DNA of 64,000 nucleotides from Calditrichia bacterium (GTDB taxonomy: Bacteria; Calditrichota; Calditrichia; JAJRVZ01), in NCBI GenBank assembly GCA_963777955.1, contig CAVZSQ010000021.1, positions 122,621 to 186,620 on the forward strand, read 5' to 3'. Below, piece after piece: positions 22,427 to 32,524 of the stretch. The notes under the pieces are model-generated. The model worked only from the letters and a program-made list of their open reading frames with translations. It had not been told where the DNA came from and did not search any database. Positions within the stretch are counted from its first letter, which is position 1. Each line of letters begins with the position of its first letter. A program made the translations under genes and the position numbers.

Positions 22427-23515
22427 CTAGCGGGTATTGATTATATTTGATTCTTCCAATTTCTCGCTGCGGTCGACCAGATGGAGTTGCTCTATCAATT
22501 CGTTGATATCACCTTCGATGATCCGGTCCAGTTTATACAGGGTCAGGTTGATGCGGTGATCCGTTACCCGGTTTTGCGGAAAATTATATGTGCGGATCTT
22601 GGCACTGCGGTCGCCGCCAGCCACCATACTTTTACGCTGTATACTGATCGATTCATTCTGTTCACGGATTGCTTTATCCAGCAACCTGGCCTTCAGTACT
22701 TTCAGTGCTTTGGTTTTATTCTTTAACTGCGATTTTTCATCCTGGCAGGATACGACCATACCGGTGGGTAGATGCGTCACGCGGACTGCCGAATCGGTCG
22801 TATTCACGCTCTGACCTCCCGGACCTGAAGAGCGGAATACATCAATACGCAAATCATTGGGATTAATTTCCACCTCGATGTCTTCTGCTTCCGGTAATAC
22901 TACCACCGATGCGGCTGAGGTATGGATGCGTCCCTGGGTTTCCGTTTCCGGCACCCTTTGTACCCTGTGCACACCGCTTTCAAATTTGAAAGTACCGAAG
23001 GCATTCTCACCAATCACATTAAAAATCACCTCTTTAAATCCGCCCCGCTCGGAGGGATTGGAACTCATTATTTCAACCTTAAAATTGTGTATGTCGCAAT
23101 ACTTGGTGTACATACGCAAGAGATCACCGACAAAAATACCTGCTTCATCACCGCCGGTTCCGGCCCTGATTTCCACCACTGCATTCTTCTTGTCGGTGGG
23201 ATCCCGGGGAATAAGTAAATATTTTAATTCTTCTTCCAGTATTTCCTGACGCCCTTTCAATTCGGCAATCTCTTCCTTGGCCATGGTAACCAGATCCTCA
23301 TCATCACCTGCATCGATAATCCGCTGATCATCCTCAATCTGGGTAAACAGCGCGGTAATTTTTGAATAATGATCAAGAATATGCTGAATTTCACGTTGTT
23401 CGCGGGCTAACTCCTTGATCTTTTTAGAATTAGAGAGAACTTCGTTTGAGGATAACTGTTCGCTCAGCAGTGCATCCCTGGCCCGCAGTTTTTCTATTTT
23501 TCCTGCCAAAATCAT
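22427..23515 (-). CDS. prfA: Peptide chain release factor 1
   Basis: PET motif, GGQ, RTYNFPQNRVTDHR. Confidence 0.97.
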   Translation of the reverse strand: MILAGKIEKLRARDALLSEQLSSNEVLSNSKKIKELAREQREIQHILDHYSKITALFTQIEDDQRIIDAGDDEDLVTMAKEEIAELKGRQEILEEELKYLLIPRDPTDKKNAVVEIRAGTGGDEAGIFVGDLLRMYTKYCDIHNFKVEIMSSNPSERGGFKEVIFNVIGENAFGTFKFESGVHRVQRVPETETQGRIHTSAASVVVLPEAEDIEVEINPNDLRIDVFRSSGPGGQSVNTTDSAVRVTHLPTGMVVSCQDEKSQLKNKTKALKVLKARLLDKAIREQNESISIQRKSMVAGGDRSAKIRTYNFPQNRVTDHRINLTLYKLDRIIEGDINELIEQLHLVDRSEKLEESNIINTR

Positions 23516-23530
23516 GTTTAAATTCCGCCT

Positions 23531-24529
23531 TTACTGCCCTGTAACCGGCCGGGTAGTTGCCGCTGTAAATTCAGGTACCAGTTCATTTTTATATTCTTCC
23601 CCCAGTGCTGATTTCAGCGCCTGGATAGCCACTTCCAGCTGGCTGTCATCGGGAGTACTGGTGGTTATACGCTGCAAAGCCAATCCAGGCAATATTAATA
23701 ATTTTACCAACCGTGAGTTACTGTATTTTGCCGATGCTTTCAGTGCTTCATAAGAAATTCCCCCGATCAATGGTATAAAAGGCAGGTGCGTCAGCAACCG
23801 TATCGGGAACGATATCCGGCCGTAAAAGGATATAATCCCATAATCCAGAAAGGCAAAAAACAGCACCGAGATTAGCATCACGATCATCAGGAAACTGGTT
23901 CCGCAACGGGGATGAAAAGTGGTAAACTGCCGGGTATTGAGCGGTGTAAGATACAATTTATGTTCAAAGGCAAAAATAGTTTTGTGTTCCGCACCATGGT
24001 ACTCAAACAAACGTCTCACATCTTTTAAGAAGGAGATTCCCCAGACATAGAGTAAAAATATACTTATGCGGATCGCGCCGGCAGTGAGATTAAAAAGAAA
24101 GGCCTGATTTTCAATATTGAATATGCGGGTTGTTAAATATAAAGGCGATACAAAAAATATGACAATCCCGATCAGCAGGGCCACCGATACCGTAAATACG
24201 GCGGTCATGGTGGACATGCCCTGTTTTTTATTTTTATCCTTCACTTTTTGCTCTTGCTGTTCCAGATCTTCCATCGCTTTATCCGCTGACCATTGCAGGG
24301 TTTTAATCCCCAGAATCATAACTTCGATCAGTGTGACGGCCCCGCGGATAACAGGTATATTAAGGTATTTTTTCCGGTTGACCAGGGAAATATAATCATC
24401 GGTCCTGACTTCAATTTCTCCGTTCAGCCGCCGGATAGCCGTGGCGAGTCGTTTGGGCGAACGCATCATCACCCCTTCAATGACCGCCTGACCGCCGACC
24501 GGCATTATTTTTTCTTCTGTTTCTTTCAT
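23531..24529 (-). CDS. DUF1385 family membrane protein
   Basis: GGQAVIEGVMMR, YHGAEHK, HPRCGTSF; ATG 24529 preferred because the TTG at 24580 lies in a terminator T-run. Confidence 0.88.
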   Translation of the reverse strand: MKETEEKIMPVGGQAVIEGVMMRSPKRLATAIRRLNGEIEVRTDDYISLVNRKKYLNIPVIRGAVTLIEVMILGIKTLQWSADKAMEDLEQQEQKVKDKNKKQGMSTMTAVFTVSVALLIGIVIFFVSPLYLTTRIFNIENQAFLFNLTAGAIRISIFLLYVWGISFLKDVRRLFEYHGAEHKTIFAFEHKLYLTPLNTRQFTTFHPRCGTSFLMIVMLISVLFFAFLDYGIISFYGRISFPIRLLTHLPFIPLIGGISYEALKASAKYSNSRLVKLLILPGLALQRITTSTPDDSQLEVAIQALKSALGEEYKNELVPEFTAATTRPVTGQ

Positions 24530-24578
24530 TACGTCGCCAGGTTTTCTTTCCAATTCTTTGTTAAGCAGTTTCTCCGGC

Positions 24579-24618
24579 AAAAAAAAACGGAATATGTACC
24601 TCTTTGATACACATCCCG
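24579..24618 (-). terminator. Intrinsic terminator after rpmE
   Basis: Minus strand CGGGATGTGTATC-AAAGA-GGTACATATTCCG 13-bp stem (with G-U pairs) followed by T9. Confidence 0.8.
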
Positions 24619-24650
24619 CTGTTGTAATTTAATGCCATCAGCAGCGATGG

Positions 24651-24851
24651 CTATTTCTTACCGTATTTCTTCAGAAATTTCTCAACCCGGCCTGCCGAAT
24701 CCACCAGTTTTTGCTTACCGGTAAAGAATGGATGGCATTCCGAGCATATTTCAACCTTCATATCCCCGATAGTCGAATAAGTCTGAAATGAATTGCCGCA
24801 GGCGCAGGTAATCGTGGCCTTTTTATAGTCGGGGTGAATATCCTTCTTCAT
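24651..24851 (-). CDS. rpmE: 50S ribosomal protein L31 (Cys-containing type)
   Basis: [30 protein letters not shown] upstream. Confidence 0.96.
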   Translation of the reverse strand: MKKDIHPDYKKATITCACGNSFQTYSTIGDMKVEICSECHPFFTGKQKLVDSAGRVEKFLKKYGKK

Positions 24852-24945
24852 GTCGTGACTTACTCCTTCTCCTAAAAACAAATATTAAGCCGTTAAATAT
24901 AGGCTATATTATCATCATTATCAATAAAAATAGCTTATAAAACTG

Positions 24946-26196
24946 CTATCCGCTCATCGAACGCAGAAAATCTTTATTATCCTTGGTTTCCCGCATTTTT
25001 TCCAGCAGGAATTCCATTCCTTCGATAATGTTCATCTCATTTAGCAGTTTGCGTAATACCCAGACCCTTGACAATTCTTCTTTGGAGAGCAGCAGTTCTT
25101 CCTTGCGGGTGCCGGACTTGTTCATTTCCAGCGACGGGAATATACGGCGGTCGGACAACCGGCGATCCAGTACCAGTTCATTATTACCGGTTCCTTTAAA
25201 TTCTTCAAAAATGACTTCATCCATCCGCGAACCCGTATCGATCAGGGCCGTGGCGATGATGGTTAAACTACCCCCTTCTTCAATATTCCGGGCCGCTCCG
25301 AAAAAGCGCTTGGGTTTATGCAGGGCATTGGAGTCCACACCTCCGGATAGGATTTTCCCGCTATGCGGGACTACCGTATTATGGGCCCGGGCTAAGCGGG
25401 TGATACTATCGAGCAGGATCACTACATCTTTTTTATATTCCACCAGCCGCTTGGCTTTTTCCAGCACCATTTCCGCTACCTGAACATGGCGTTCGGCAGG
25501 TTCATCAAAGGTCGAACTGATCACTTCGGCATTGACCGAACGTTCCATGTCGGTAACCTCCTCGGGACGTTCATCGATCAACAGAACCATCAGTTCAATT
25601 TCAGGGTGGTTGGTTGTTATGGCATTGGCTATTTTTTGCATGATGATAGTTTTACCGGTGCGTGGTTGAGCCACGATCAATCCCCGCTGGCCCTTGCCGA
25701 TTGGCGTCAACAAATTCATAATACGCAGCGTGTAATCCTTGCGATCCAGTTCCAGATTAATCCGCTCGGTAGGATAGAGGGGGGTCAAAGTGTCGAACAG
25801 CATCCGTTCCCGTGCCTTATCCGGCGATTCAAAATTTACCGCTTCGACCCGCAACAAGGCAAAAAACCTCTCATTATCTTTGGGGGGACGGATTTGTCCG
25901 GTAACCGTGTCTCCGGTACGCAGATTAAATCTTTTGATTTGTGAGGGCGACACGTAGATGTCATCCGGTCCAGGCAGATAATTATAATTGGGCGAACGTA
26001 AAAATCCATACCCATCAGGCAGTATTTCCAATACCCCCTTGGAAAAAAGCAGCCCTTCCTGGGCTGTCTGTTCTTCCAGAATCCGGAATATTAACTCGGC
26101 CTTTTTTAAGCCGCTGACTCCGCTAATATTCATATCCGAGGCTATCTTGGTCAGTTCGGCAATCTTCTTTTGTTTAAGTTCTTCAATATCAAGCAT
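24946..26196 (-). CDS. rho: Transcription termination factor Rho
   Basis: [34 protein letters not shown]. Confidence 0.97.
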   Translation of the reverse strand: MLDIEELKQKKIAELTKIASDMNISGVSGLKKAELIFRILEEQTAQEGLLFSKGVLEILPDGYGFLRSPNYNYLPGPDDIYVSPSQIKRFNLRTGDTVTGQIRPPKDNERFFALLRVEAVNFESPDKARERMLFDTLTPLYPTERINLELDRKDYTLRIMNLLTPIGKGQRGLIVAQPRTGKTIIMQKIANAITTNHPEIELMVLLIDERPEEVTDMERSVNAEVISSTFDEPAERHVQVAEMVLEKAKRLVEYKKDVVILLDSITRLARAHNTVVPHSGKILSGGVDSNALHKPKRFFGAARNIEEGGSLTIIATALIDTGSRMDEVIFEEFKGTGNNELVLDRRLSDRRIFPSLEMNKSGTRKEELLLSKEELSRVWVLRKLLNEMNIIEGMEFLLEKMRETKDNKDFLRSMSG

Positions 26197-26401
26197 GAGT
26201 ACTTACACCTTTCAATTTTAAATATAATTCTTTTATTCAATGCTTAATTCACAAGCTCGCATCTTATCTAATCTATGTTCTGTATAAATATTTATTTTAC
26301 TATGATTTTTATGCAGAAAGAAATTCTTCCTTATCCCCTAACATTAATTCGTAGGCGAGAATGCTAAATGGAGCTATTCGCAGTCTTAAAAATATACCTT
26401 A

Positions 26402-27712
26402 TCATAAATTATAAGTCAAGGATTTTTCATTCAACCCCTTACTTAATTCTCCAACCAGGAAGTGGCTGCCCATAACGAACAGTACCTCATCCTGCTTCAT
26501 ATTTTTAACACAGAAGTCAAAAGCCTGCTGTGGATTTTTTATCGGCTCTGCTCTTAGGCCATATTTATTAAAAACAGCGGCGAGTATCTCTGCGCCTAAT
26601 TTCCGCTCATTATTTGGCTCGGTTACGATAATCCGCTTAAAATCTTTCACGATCAATTGTACTATACGTTCGTACTCCTTATCGGCCAGCAGACCTAACA
26701 GCAGCACTGCTGCAGCAGGATTATAATTTGCACGAATGAATTCAAGGGTAGTTTCAAATCCGGAATAATTATGGCTGACATCAAAATAAATCAGCGGCCG
26801 CTGTGATATCCGCTGCAACCGGCCGGGCCACTGTATCTGATCAAAGACCTTAATTAAAATATCCGGATTGAATCGGATACTTCGTTTTTCCAAAAACCAG
26901 CGGGCAGTCAAATAAGCCAGTAAGGCATTGCCGACCTGGAATTCACCCAGCAGGTTCAGGCGCAGATCCCTGAAACTGTCCTGTCGTAATTTATCATCGA
27001 AATCGAAGATTGTCCCCCGGGCAGAACAGGAGGTAATACGGTATCCGACCGCCAGGTCCAGCAGATACTCCGCAGTAATCCCGGCGCTGAACTCCCTGAT
27101 TACTTCTGCAACTTCCGCTAGCTGGTCGGCACAAAACAGCGCGACCCCCTCTTTAATAATTGCCGCTTTTTCTGCTGCAATATTTTTAAGTTCGGTGCCC
27201 AATTGCGGTATATGATCAATATGTATCGGGGTGAGCACTACCGCTTCGGGATGTATAATATTTGTGGAGTCCAGGCGGCCACCCAGGCCCGTTTCAATAA
27301 CCGCCGCATCCACATTTTTTTCCTGGAAATATTTAAAAGCCAGAGCCGTAGTAGTATCAAAAAATGTCGCTTGCAGAGCGGTCACTTCAGCAACCATTTT
27401 TGTCCAGAAGTCAGAAATAAAAGCTGGTTCAATCAATTCCTGGTCAATCCGGATTCTTTCCCGGAAATCGATCAGGTGAGGGGAAGTATACAGGCCGGTC
27501 CGTAAACCGTGTCCGGCCAGTATTTTTTGAATCATAATCGCGGTTGAACCCTTGCCATTAGTACCGGCGATATGAATAGCAGAGTAGGCCTGCTGAGGAT
27601 TACCCAGAAATTGACAAAGACGGGTAATATTATCCAGTCCCATCTTCACCGAAAATCTTTGCAAGTCGAACAACTCGCCCAGCGTAGAGGTATAACGGTC
27701 AGTTTTTTTCAT
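26402..27712 (-). CDS. folC: Folylpolyglutamate synthase/dihydrofolate synthase
   Basis: HIAGTNGKGST, ETGLGGRLDSTN, WPGR. Confidence 0.94.
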   Translation of the reverse strand: MKKTDRYTSTLGELFDLQRFSVKMGLDNITRLCQFLGNPQQAYSAIHIAGTNGKGSTAIMIQKILAGHGLRTGLYTSPHLIDFRERIRIDQELIEPAFISDFWTKMVAEVTALQATFFDTTTALAFKYFQEKNVDAAVIETGLGGRLDSTNIIHPEAVVLTPIHIDHIPQLGTELKNIAAEKAAIIKEGVALFCADQLAEVAEVIREFSAGITAEYLLDLAVGYRITSCSARGTIFDFDDKLRQDSFRDLRLNLLGEFQVGNALLAYLTARWFLEKRSIRFNPDILIKVFDQIQWPGRLQRISQRPLIYFDVSHNYSGFETTLEFIRANYNPAAAVLLLGLLADKEYERIVQLIVKDFKRIIVTEPNNERKLGAEILAAVFNKYGLRAEPIKNPQQAFDFCVKNMKQDEVLFVMGSHFLVGELSKGLNEKSLTYNL

Positions 27713-27810
27713 TATATAATATAAAAGTCAATTCAGATGAGATTCTATGTATAACAATTAAGGAGTATACGATATATATTCATCTGGGCTTAATAATTAC
27801 AGGATTGATT

Positions 27811-28581
27811 TTAGTGTGGCTGGACCTGTTCGGTAACCATCCCAAACCGCCGTTCCCGCTGCAGATAATTCTGAATTGCCTCGACCAGATCTTTTTTCCC
27901 GAAATCAGGCCACAGGGTGGAGGAGACATAAATCTCAGCATAGGCTATCTGCCATAACAGAAAGTTACTTATTCTGAACTCGCCGCTGGTCCTGATAATA
28001 AGATCAGGATCCGGCAATCCGCATGTCTGCAGATTCCGCGATATCATGGTTTCGTCGATTTCTTCCACCCGGATCATTTTTTCATTTACTTTTTTGGCAA
28101 TACTGATCACGGCATCTCTGATTTCACGCCGGCTGCCATAACTTAAAGCCAGATTCAGAATGAGTCCCGTATTATTTTCCGTTTTAGCAATGGCTTTGAG
28201 CAGAATCTCTCTGGTATCAGCAGGGAGATCCTCCAGGCAGCCGATGGCAATAATCTTGACATTTTTCGAGATTAACTCGGCCAGTTCCCGGTGCAAGGTA
28301 GTGACCAGCAGTTTCATCAGGGCGGAGACTTCAACGGGTGGACGTTTCCAATTTTCGCGGGAGAAGGTATATAAAGTCAGAACTTTAATACCCAGGTCGC
28401 CACAGGCTTCAACCACTTTACGAACCGACTCAATCCCGGCTCTGTGTCCGACGATACGAGGTAAACCCCGCTTCTTGGCCCAGCGGCCGTTGCCATCCAT
28501 GATGATCCCGATATGCGCTGGCAAATGCGGATGATGCTTAAGTGCATCCAGACCAGAGGCAGGTTTTGGATGTTTTTTCAA
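27811..28581 (-). CDS. uppS: Undecaprenyl diphosphate synthase
   Basis: IIMDGNGRWA, FSRENWKRP, IRTSGEFRISNFLLWQ. Confidence 0.95.
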   Translation of the reverse strand: MKKHPKPASGLDALKHHPHLPAHIGIIMDGNGRWAKKRGLPRIVGHRAGIESVRKVVEACGDLGIKVLTLYTFSRENWKRPPVEVSALMKLLVTTLHRELAELISKNVKIIAIGCLEDLPADTREILLKAIAKTENNTGLILNLALSYGSRREIRDAVISIAKKVNEKMIRVEEIDETMISRNLQTCGLPDPDLIIRTSGEFRISNFLLWQIAYAEIYVSSTLWPDFGKKDLVEAIQNYLQRERRFGMVTEQVQPH

Positions 28582-28747
28582 GCAGAATAGTCCTAAAAAT
28601 TTTCAAATATATATTCAATTTATTCAAAGTAAAGCAAAATTACAATTGTTACAACCTCCCTCACGACCTATTTTATATAAATTTAGATTTATTGATAAAG
28701 CTCATTACATTATGTAAATTTGAATTCTATTATAAAATATTTTAATC

Positions 28748-30553
28748 ATGAGTATCGACAGAATCAGAAATTTCTGCATAATAGCCCATATTGACCACGG
28801 CAAATCTACTTTAGCCGATCGCATGCTGGAAATCACCCGTACTATTCCGGCCAAAGATCTGGTGAATCAGGTACTGGACAATATGGATCTGGAAAGGGAG
28901 AGGGGCATTACCATAAAATCCCATGCCATCCAGATGCTTTATGAATGCCAGGACGGTAAGGAATATATTTTTAACCTGATCGACACACCCGGGCATGTCG
29001 ATTTCTCCTATGAAGTATCGCGCAGTCTGGCCGCCTGTGAAGGTGCCATCCTGGTCGTGGATGCTTCGCAGGGTGTCGAAGCACAAACTCTCAGCAACCT
29101 GTACCAGGCCGTCGAAAACAACCTGCAGATTGTCCCGGTGATTAATAAAATCGATCTGCCCAGCGCCCAGGTCAGCGCCGTAAAAAGCCAGGTCGTACAG
29201 TTGATCGGCTGCCGTGAAGATGAAATCTACCTGGCCAGCGCCAAGACCGGCCAGGGTATCGGTGAAATCCTGGAGGGCATCGTCAAGTACGTCCCCCCGC
29301 CAAAGGGCTCCCTGGATAATCCTCCCCAGGCTTTGATTTTTGATTCCGTATTCGATTCATATCGCGGTGTAATTAATTATATCCGGGTTTTTGAAGGCTC
29401 TTTTAAAAAAAATGATGATATTAAATTTTTCCAATCCAAAAAAAATTTTGAAGTGGATGAGATCGGTATACTAAAACTAAACCGTATACCGACCGATATC
29501 CTGCAGGCGGGCGAAGTCGGTTATCTGATCAGCGGAGCTAAAGATGTTCATGATACCAAGGTCGGTGATACGATCATCAACATGCAAAATCCTGCCGCTA
29601 ATCCTATTTTTAAATACAAAGAAATTCACCCGATGGTTTACAGCGGTCTGTATCCGGTACAGAGCGATGATTTCGAATTATTACGTGATTCCCTGGATAA
29701 ACTGTATCTGAACGACAGTTCCCTGGTGTTTGTGCCGGAAACATCCAAGGCCCTGGGTTTCGGTTTCCGCTGCGGTTTTCTGGGTCTGCTGCACATGGAA
29801 ATCATTCAGGAACGCCTGGAACGCGAATACAAGGTCAGCATTATCAATACGGTTCCCAACGTGGTCTACCATGTCCGCCTGAATGATGATACTCAGTTGG
29901 AAATTGATAATCCGGCCAATCTCCCTGAAGTCGTTCGGATAAAATTTATCGAAGAACCATATATTTCCGCGCAAATAATTACTCCCAGTGAATATATCGG
30001 TAATATTATGAAACTGGCCCGTGAACGCCGCGGGATTTTTATCAATACCACCTATCTTGATCCTTCGCGGGCAGATTTGAGTTTCAAGTTTCCGCTGGCC
30101 GAAGTGATTTTTGATTTTTTTGATAAACTGAAATCCATCTCCCGCGGCTATGCCTCTTTCGACTATGAATTCGAATCATATCGCGAATCCGATGTAGTCA
30201 AATTGGACCTGCTGATCAACGGCGAACCGGTGGACGCCTTATCCACTATTGTCCACCACGACAAAGCCTATGAATGGGGGAATAAATTATGCCGGAAATT
30301 GAAAGAGTTGATTCCCCGCCAGATGTTTGAAGTAGCGATTCAGGCGGCTATCGGCAACAAAATTATTTCCCGGACGAATGTCAAACCGCTGCGCAAGAAT
30401 GTTCTGGCCAAATGCTACGGCGGTGATATCACCCGTAAAAGAAAATTGCTGGAAAAACAAAAAGAAGGCAAGAAACGCATGAAACAGATCGGCAGCGTGG
30501 AAATACCCCAGGAAGCATTCCTGGCTGTGCTGTCCATGCAGGATATGGATTAA
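28748..30553 (+). CDS. lepA: Elongation factor 4
   Basis: IAHIDHGKSTLADR, KCYGGDITRKRKLL. Confidence 0.97.
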   Translation: MSIDRIRNFCIIAHIDHGKSTLADRMLEITRTIPAKDLVNQVLDNMDLERERGITIKSHAIQMLYECQDGKEYIFNLIDTPGHVDFSYEVSRSLAACEGAILVVDASQGVEAQTLSNLYQAVENNLQIVPVINKIDLPSAQVSAVKSQVVQLIGCREDEIYLASAKTGQGIGEILEGIVKYVPPPKGSLDNPPQALIFDSVFDSYRGVINYIRVFEGSFKKNDDIKFFQSKKNFEVDEIGILKLNRIPTDILQAGEVGYLISGAKDVHDTKVGDTIINMQNPAANPIFKYKEIHPMVYSGLYPVQSDDFELLRDSLDKLYLNDSSLVFVPETSKALGFGFRCGFLGLLHMEIIQERLEREYKVSIINTVPNVVYHVRLNDDTQLEIDNPANLPEVVRIKFIEEPYISAQIITPSEYIGNIMKLARERRGIFINTTYLDPSRADLSFKFPLAEVIFDFFDKLKSISRGYASFDYEFESYRESDVVKLDLLINGEPVDALSTIVHHDKAYEWGNKLCRKLKELIPRQMFEVAIQAAIGNKIISRTNVKPLRKNVLAKCYGGDITRKRKLLEKQKEGKKRMKQIGSVEIPQEAFLAVLSMQDMD

Positions 30554-30640
30554 ACGGGAACTTTTGGACAAAAAATCACGTTCTAAATAGTTAAATTTCA
30601 GGTTGCTTCAGGCCAGACCCTGCTAAAATGGAGAATCAGT

Positions 30641-31369
30641 GTGAATAAGATTAAAACCGAGGAAGATCGCCGTTCCAGAGATTTCTTTGAAGGATTATTC
30701 ATCGCCTTCATTGCTGCTTTAATTATCCGCCAATTCATTGTGCAAGCCTACCGCATCCCCACCGGCTCGATGGAAGATACCCTGCTGACCGGTGATTTTT
30801 TACTGGTCAATAAATATGTCTACGGGATGCGCACGCCGGACTGGCTGGGCATTCCCTTCACGAATTTGGGTTTTCCGGTCCCCTGGGTACGGATCCCCGG
30901 CTTCAAAACCCCCCGGCAGAACGATGTGGTAATTTTCCGGTATCCGATAGATCCTGATATAGATTATATAAAACGCTGTGTCGCCAGCGGAGGTCAGACA
31001 CTGGAAATTGTTGATAAACAGGTATTTGTCGACAGTATCCGTTTCCCGGATGCCCCCAAATCAAAATTTATCGATTCGAGAATTTTCAAACGCAATGATC
31101 TCCTGAATTTTCGTACTTTTCAAAATAACCGCTATGGCAGCCGCGATAATTTCGGACCGCTTAAAGTCCCTGAAAATCAATTCTTTATGATGGGAGATAA
31201 CCGTGACAACAGTCTGGATAGCCGGGCCTGGGGTTTTGTCCCAAATGATCATATCGTCGGTGAAGGGCTTATCATTTATCTCTCCTGGGATAGTGATCTG
31301 GCCTGGTCCGATCTGTTCACTATTTTTAAAAAGATACGTTTTGAACGTATCGGCAATGTTATACGTTAA
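30641..31369 (+). CDS. lepB: Signal peptidase I
   Basis: IPTGSME, YIKRC, GDNRDNSLDSR. Confidence 0.95.
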   Translation: MNKIKTEEDRRSRDFFEGLFIAFIAALIIRQFIVQAYRIPTGSMEDTLLTGDFLLVNKYVYGMRTPDWLGIPFTNLGFPVPWVRIPGFKTPRQNDVVIFRYPIDPDIDYIKRCVASGGQTLEIVDKQVFVDSIRFPDAPKSKFIDSRIFKRNDLLNFRTFQNNRYGSRDNFGPLKVPENQFFMMGDNRDNSLDSRAWGFVPNDHIVGEGLIIYLSWDSDLAWSDLFTIFKKIRFERIGNVIR

Positions 31370-31375
31370 TCATTA

Positions 31376-32524
31376 ATGGATCGTACTTCCAAAGCCGGAA
31401 TTTACATTCATATTCCCTTTTGCCTGTCCAAATGCGGTTATTGTGATTTTTATTCCGTGACCGATCTGAACCTGCGTTCAAAATTCATTCAAGCCTTGAA
31501 CCGGGAAATAGCTATTTATGGCCGACAGACAGAGTTCCACAGCGAATATGATACTATTTATCTGGGCGGTGGAACCCCTTCTTTGCTGACCCTGCAGGAA
31601 GTTGAACAAATTCTGGCCCAGGTCAGGAAATATTTTAAAATTCACCCGGATGCAGAGATAACGCTGGAGGCAAATCCCGGAACCCTGGACCGGGATAAAT
31701 TACAGGGCCTGAGGAATTCGGGTATAAACCGGATCAGTATCGGGGTGCAGAGTTTTATCGAAGCAGAATTAAAATTCCTGGGCCGTATTCATACTGTGCA
31801 GCAGGCCGAAAATATGCTCGGCCTGGCTAAAGAAGCCGGCTTTGCTGAAATCAGCATTGACCTGATTTTTGCCATACCGGGTCAAACCCTCTCCGATTGG
31901 AAATATTCCCTGGAACGCGTTGTTACATTTCAGCCCGAGCACATATCTGCCTATAACCTGATTGTCGAAGCAGGAACACCTTTTGATTCGCTGCAGCAAA
32001 ACAACTCTGTTCAATTTCTCAATCCGGAACAGGAAGCAGATTATTTTCTCCAGGCAGAAAATATATTACAGCAATCCGGCTACATCCATTACGAAGTTTC
32101 CAATTACGCCAGATCCGATCAACACCTGGCCAGGCATAATTTTAAATACTGGCAGCATATACCCTATCTCGCTTTCGGGCCCTCGGCACATTCCTTCTGG
32201 CCGTATCGCCGCTGGCAGAATTCCCGCTCCCTGGCCGATTATCTGAAAGCTTTACGGCAAAATAAAGCACCGGTAGTTTTTGAGGAAAAATTAACTGCTA
32301 AACAAATTGTCAACGAATATATTCTATTAGCCTTGCGGACCTATCAGGGTATCGATCTGCGCCAGTTTAATCATACTTATAACTTTGACTTCCGGGATCG
32401 TTATAACCGGCCTATTGAACTTTTAACCGGGAACAATCTGGCCATTCTGGACCAGGAACATTTTAAACTGACCCCAAGAGGGATGTTGCTCTGTGATGAA
32501 ATATTACTGCAATTTGCCTGTTAA
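31376..32524 (+). CDS. hemW: Radical SAM heme chaperone HemW
   Basis: YIHIPFCLSKCGYCDF, GGGTPS, YEVSNY, HN.KYW. Confidence 0.9.
   Translation: MDRTSKAGIYIHIPFCLSKCGYCDFYSVTDLNLRSKFIQALNREIAIYGRQTEFHSEYDTIYLGGGTPSLLTLQEVEQILAQVRKYFKIHPDAEITLEANPGTLDRDKLQGLRNSGINRISIGVQSFIEAELKFLGRIHTVQQAENMLGLAKEAGFAEISIDLIFAIPGQTLSDWKYSLERVVTFQPEHISAYNLIVEAGTPFDSLQQNNSVQFLNPEQEADYFLQAENILQQSGYIHYEVSNYARSDQHLARHNFKYWQHIPYLAFGPSAHSFWPYRRWQNSRSLADYLKALRQNKAPVVFEEKLTAKQIVNEYILLALRTYQGIDLRQFNHTYNFDFRDRYNRPIELLTGNNLAILDQEHFKLTPRGMLLCDEILLQFAC

Noticed and set aside
26197..26401. Possible structured rho leader or ncRNA
   Set aside because: Only a weak imperfect hairpin in AT-rich sequence; not supportable.
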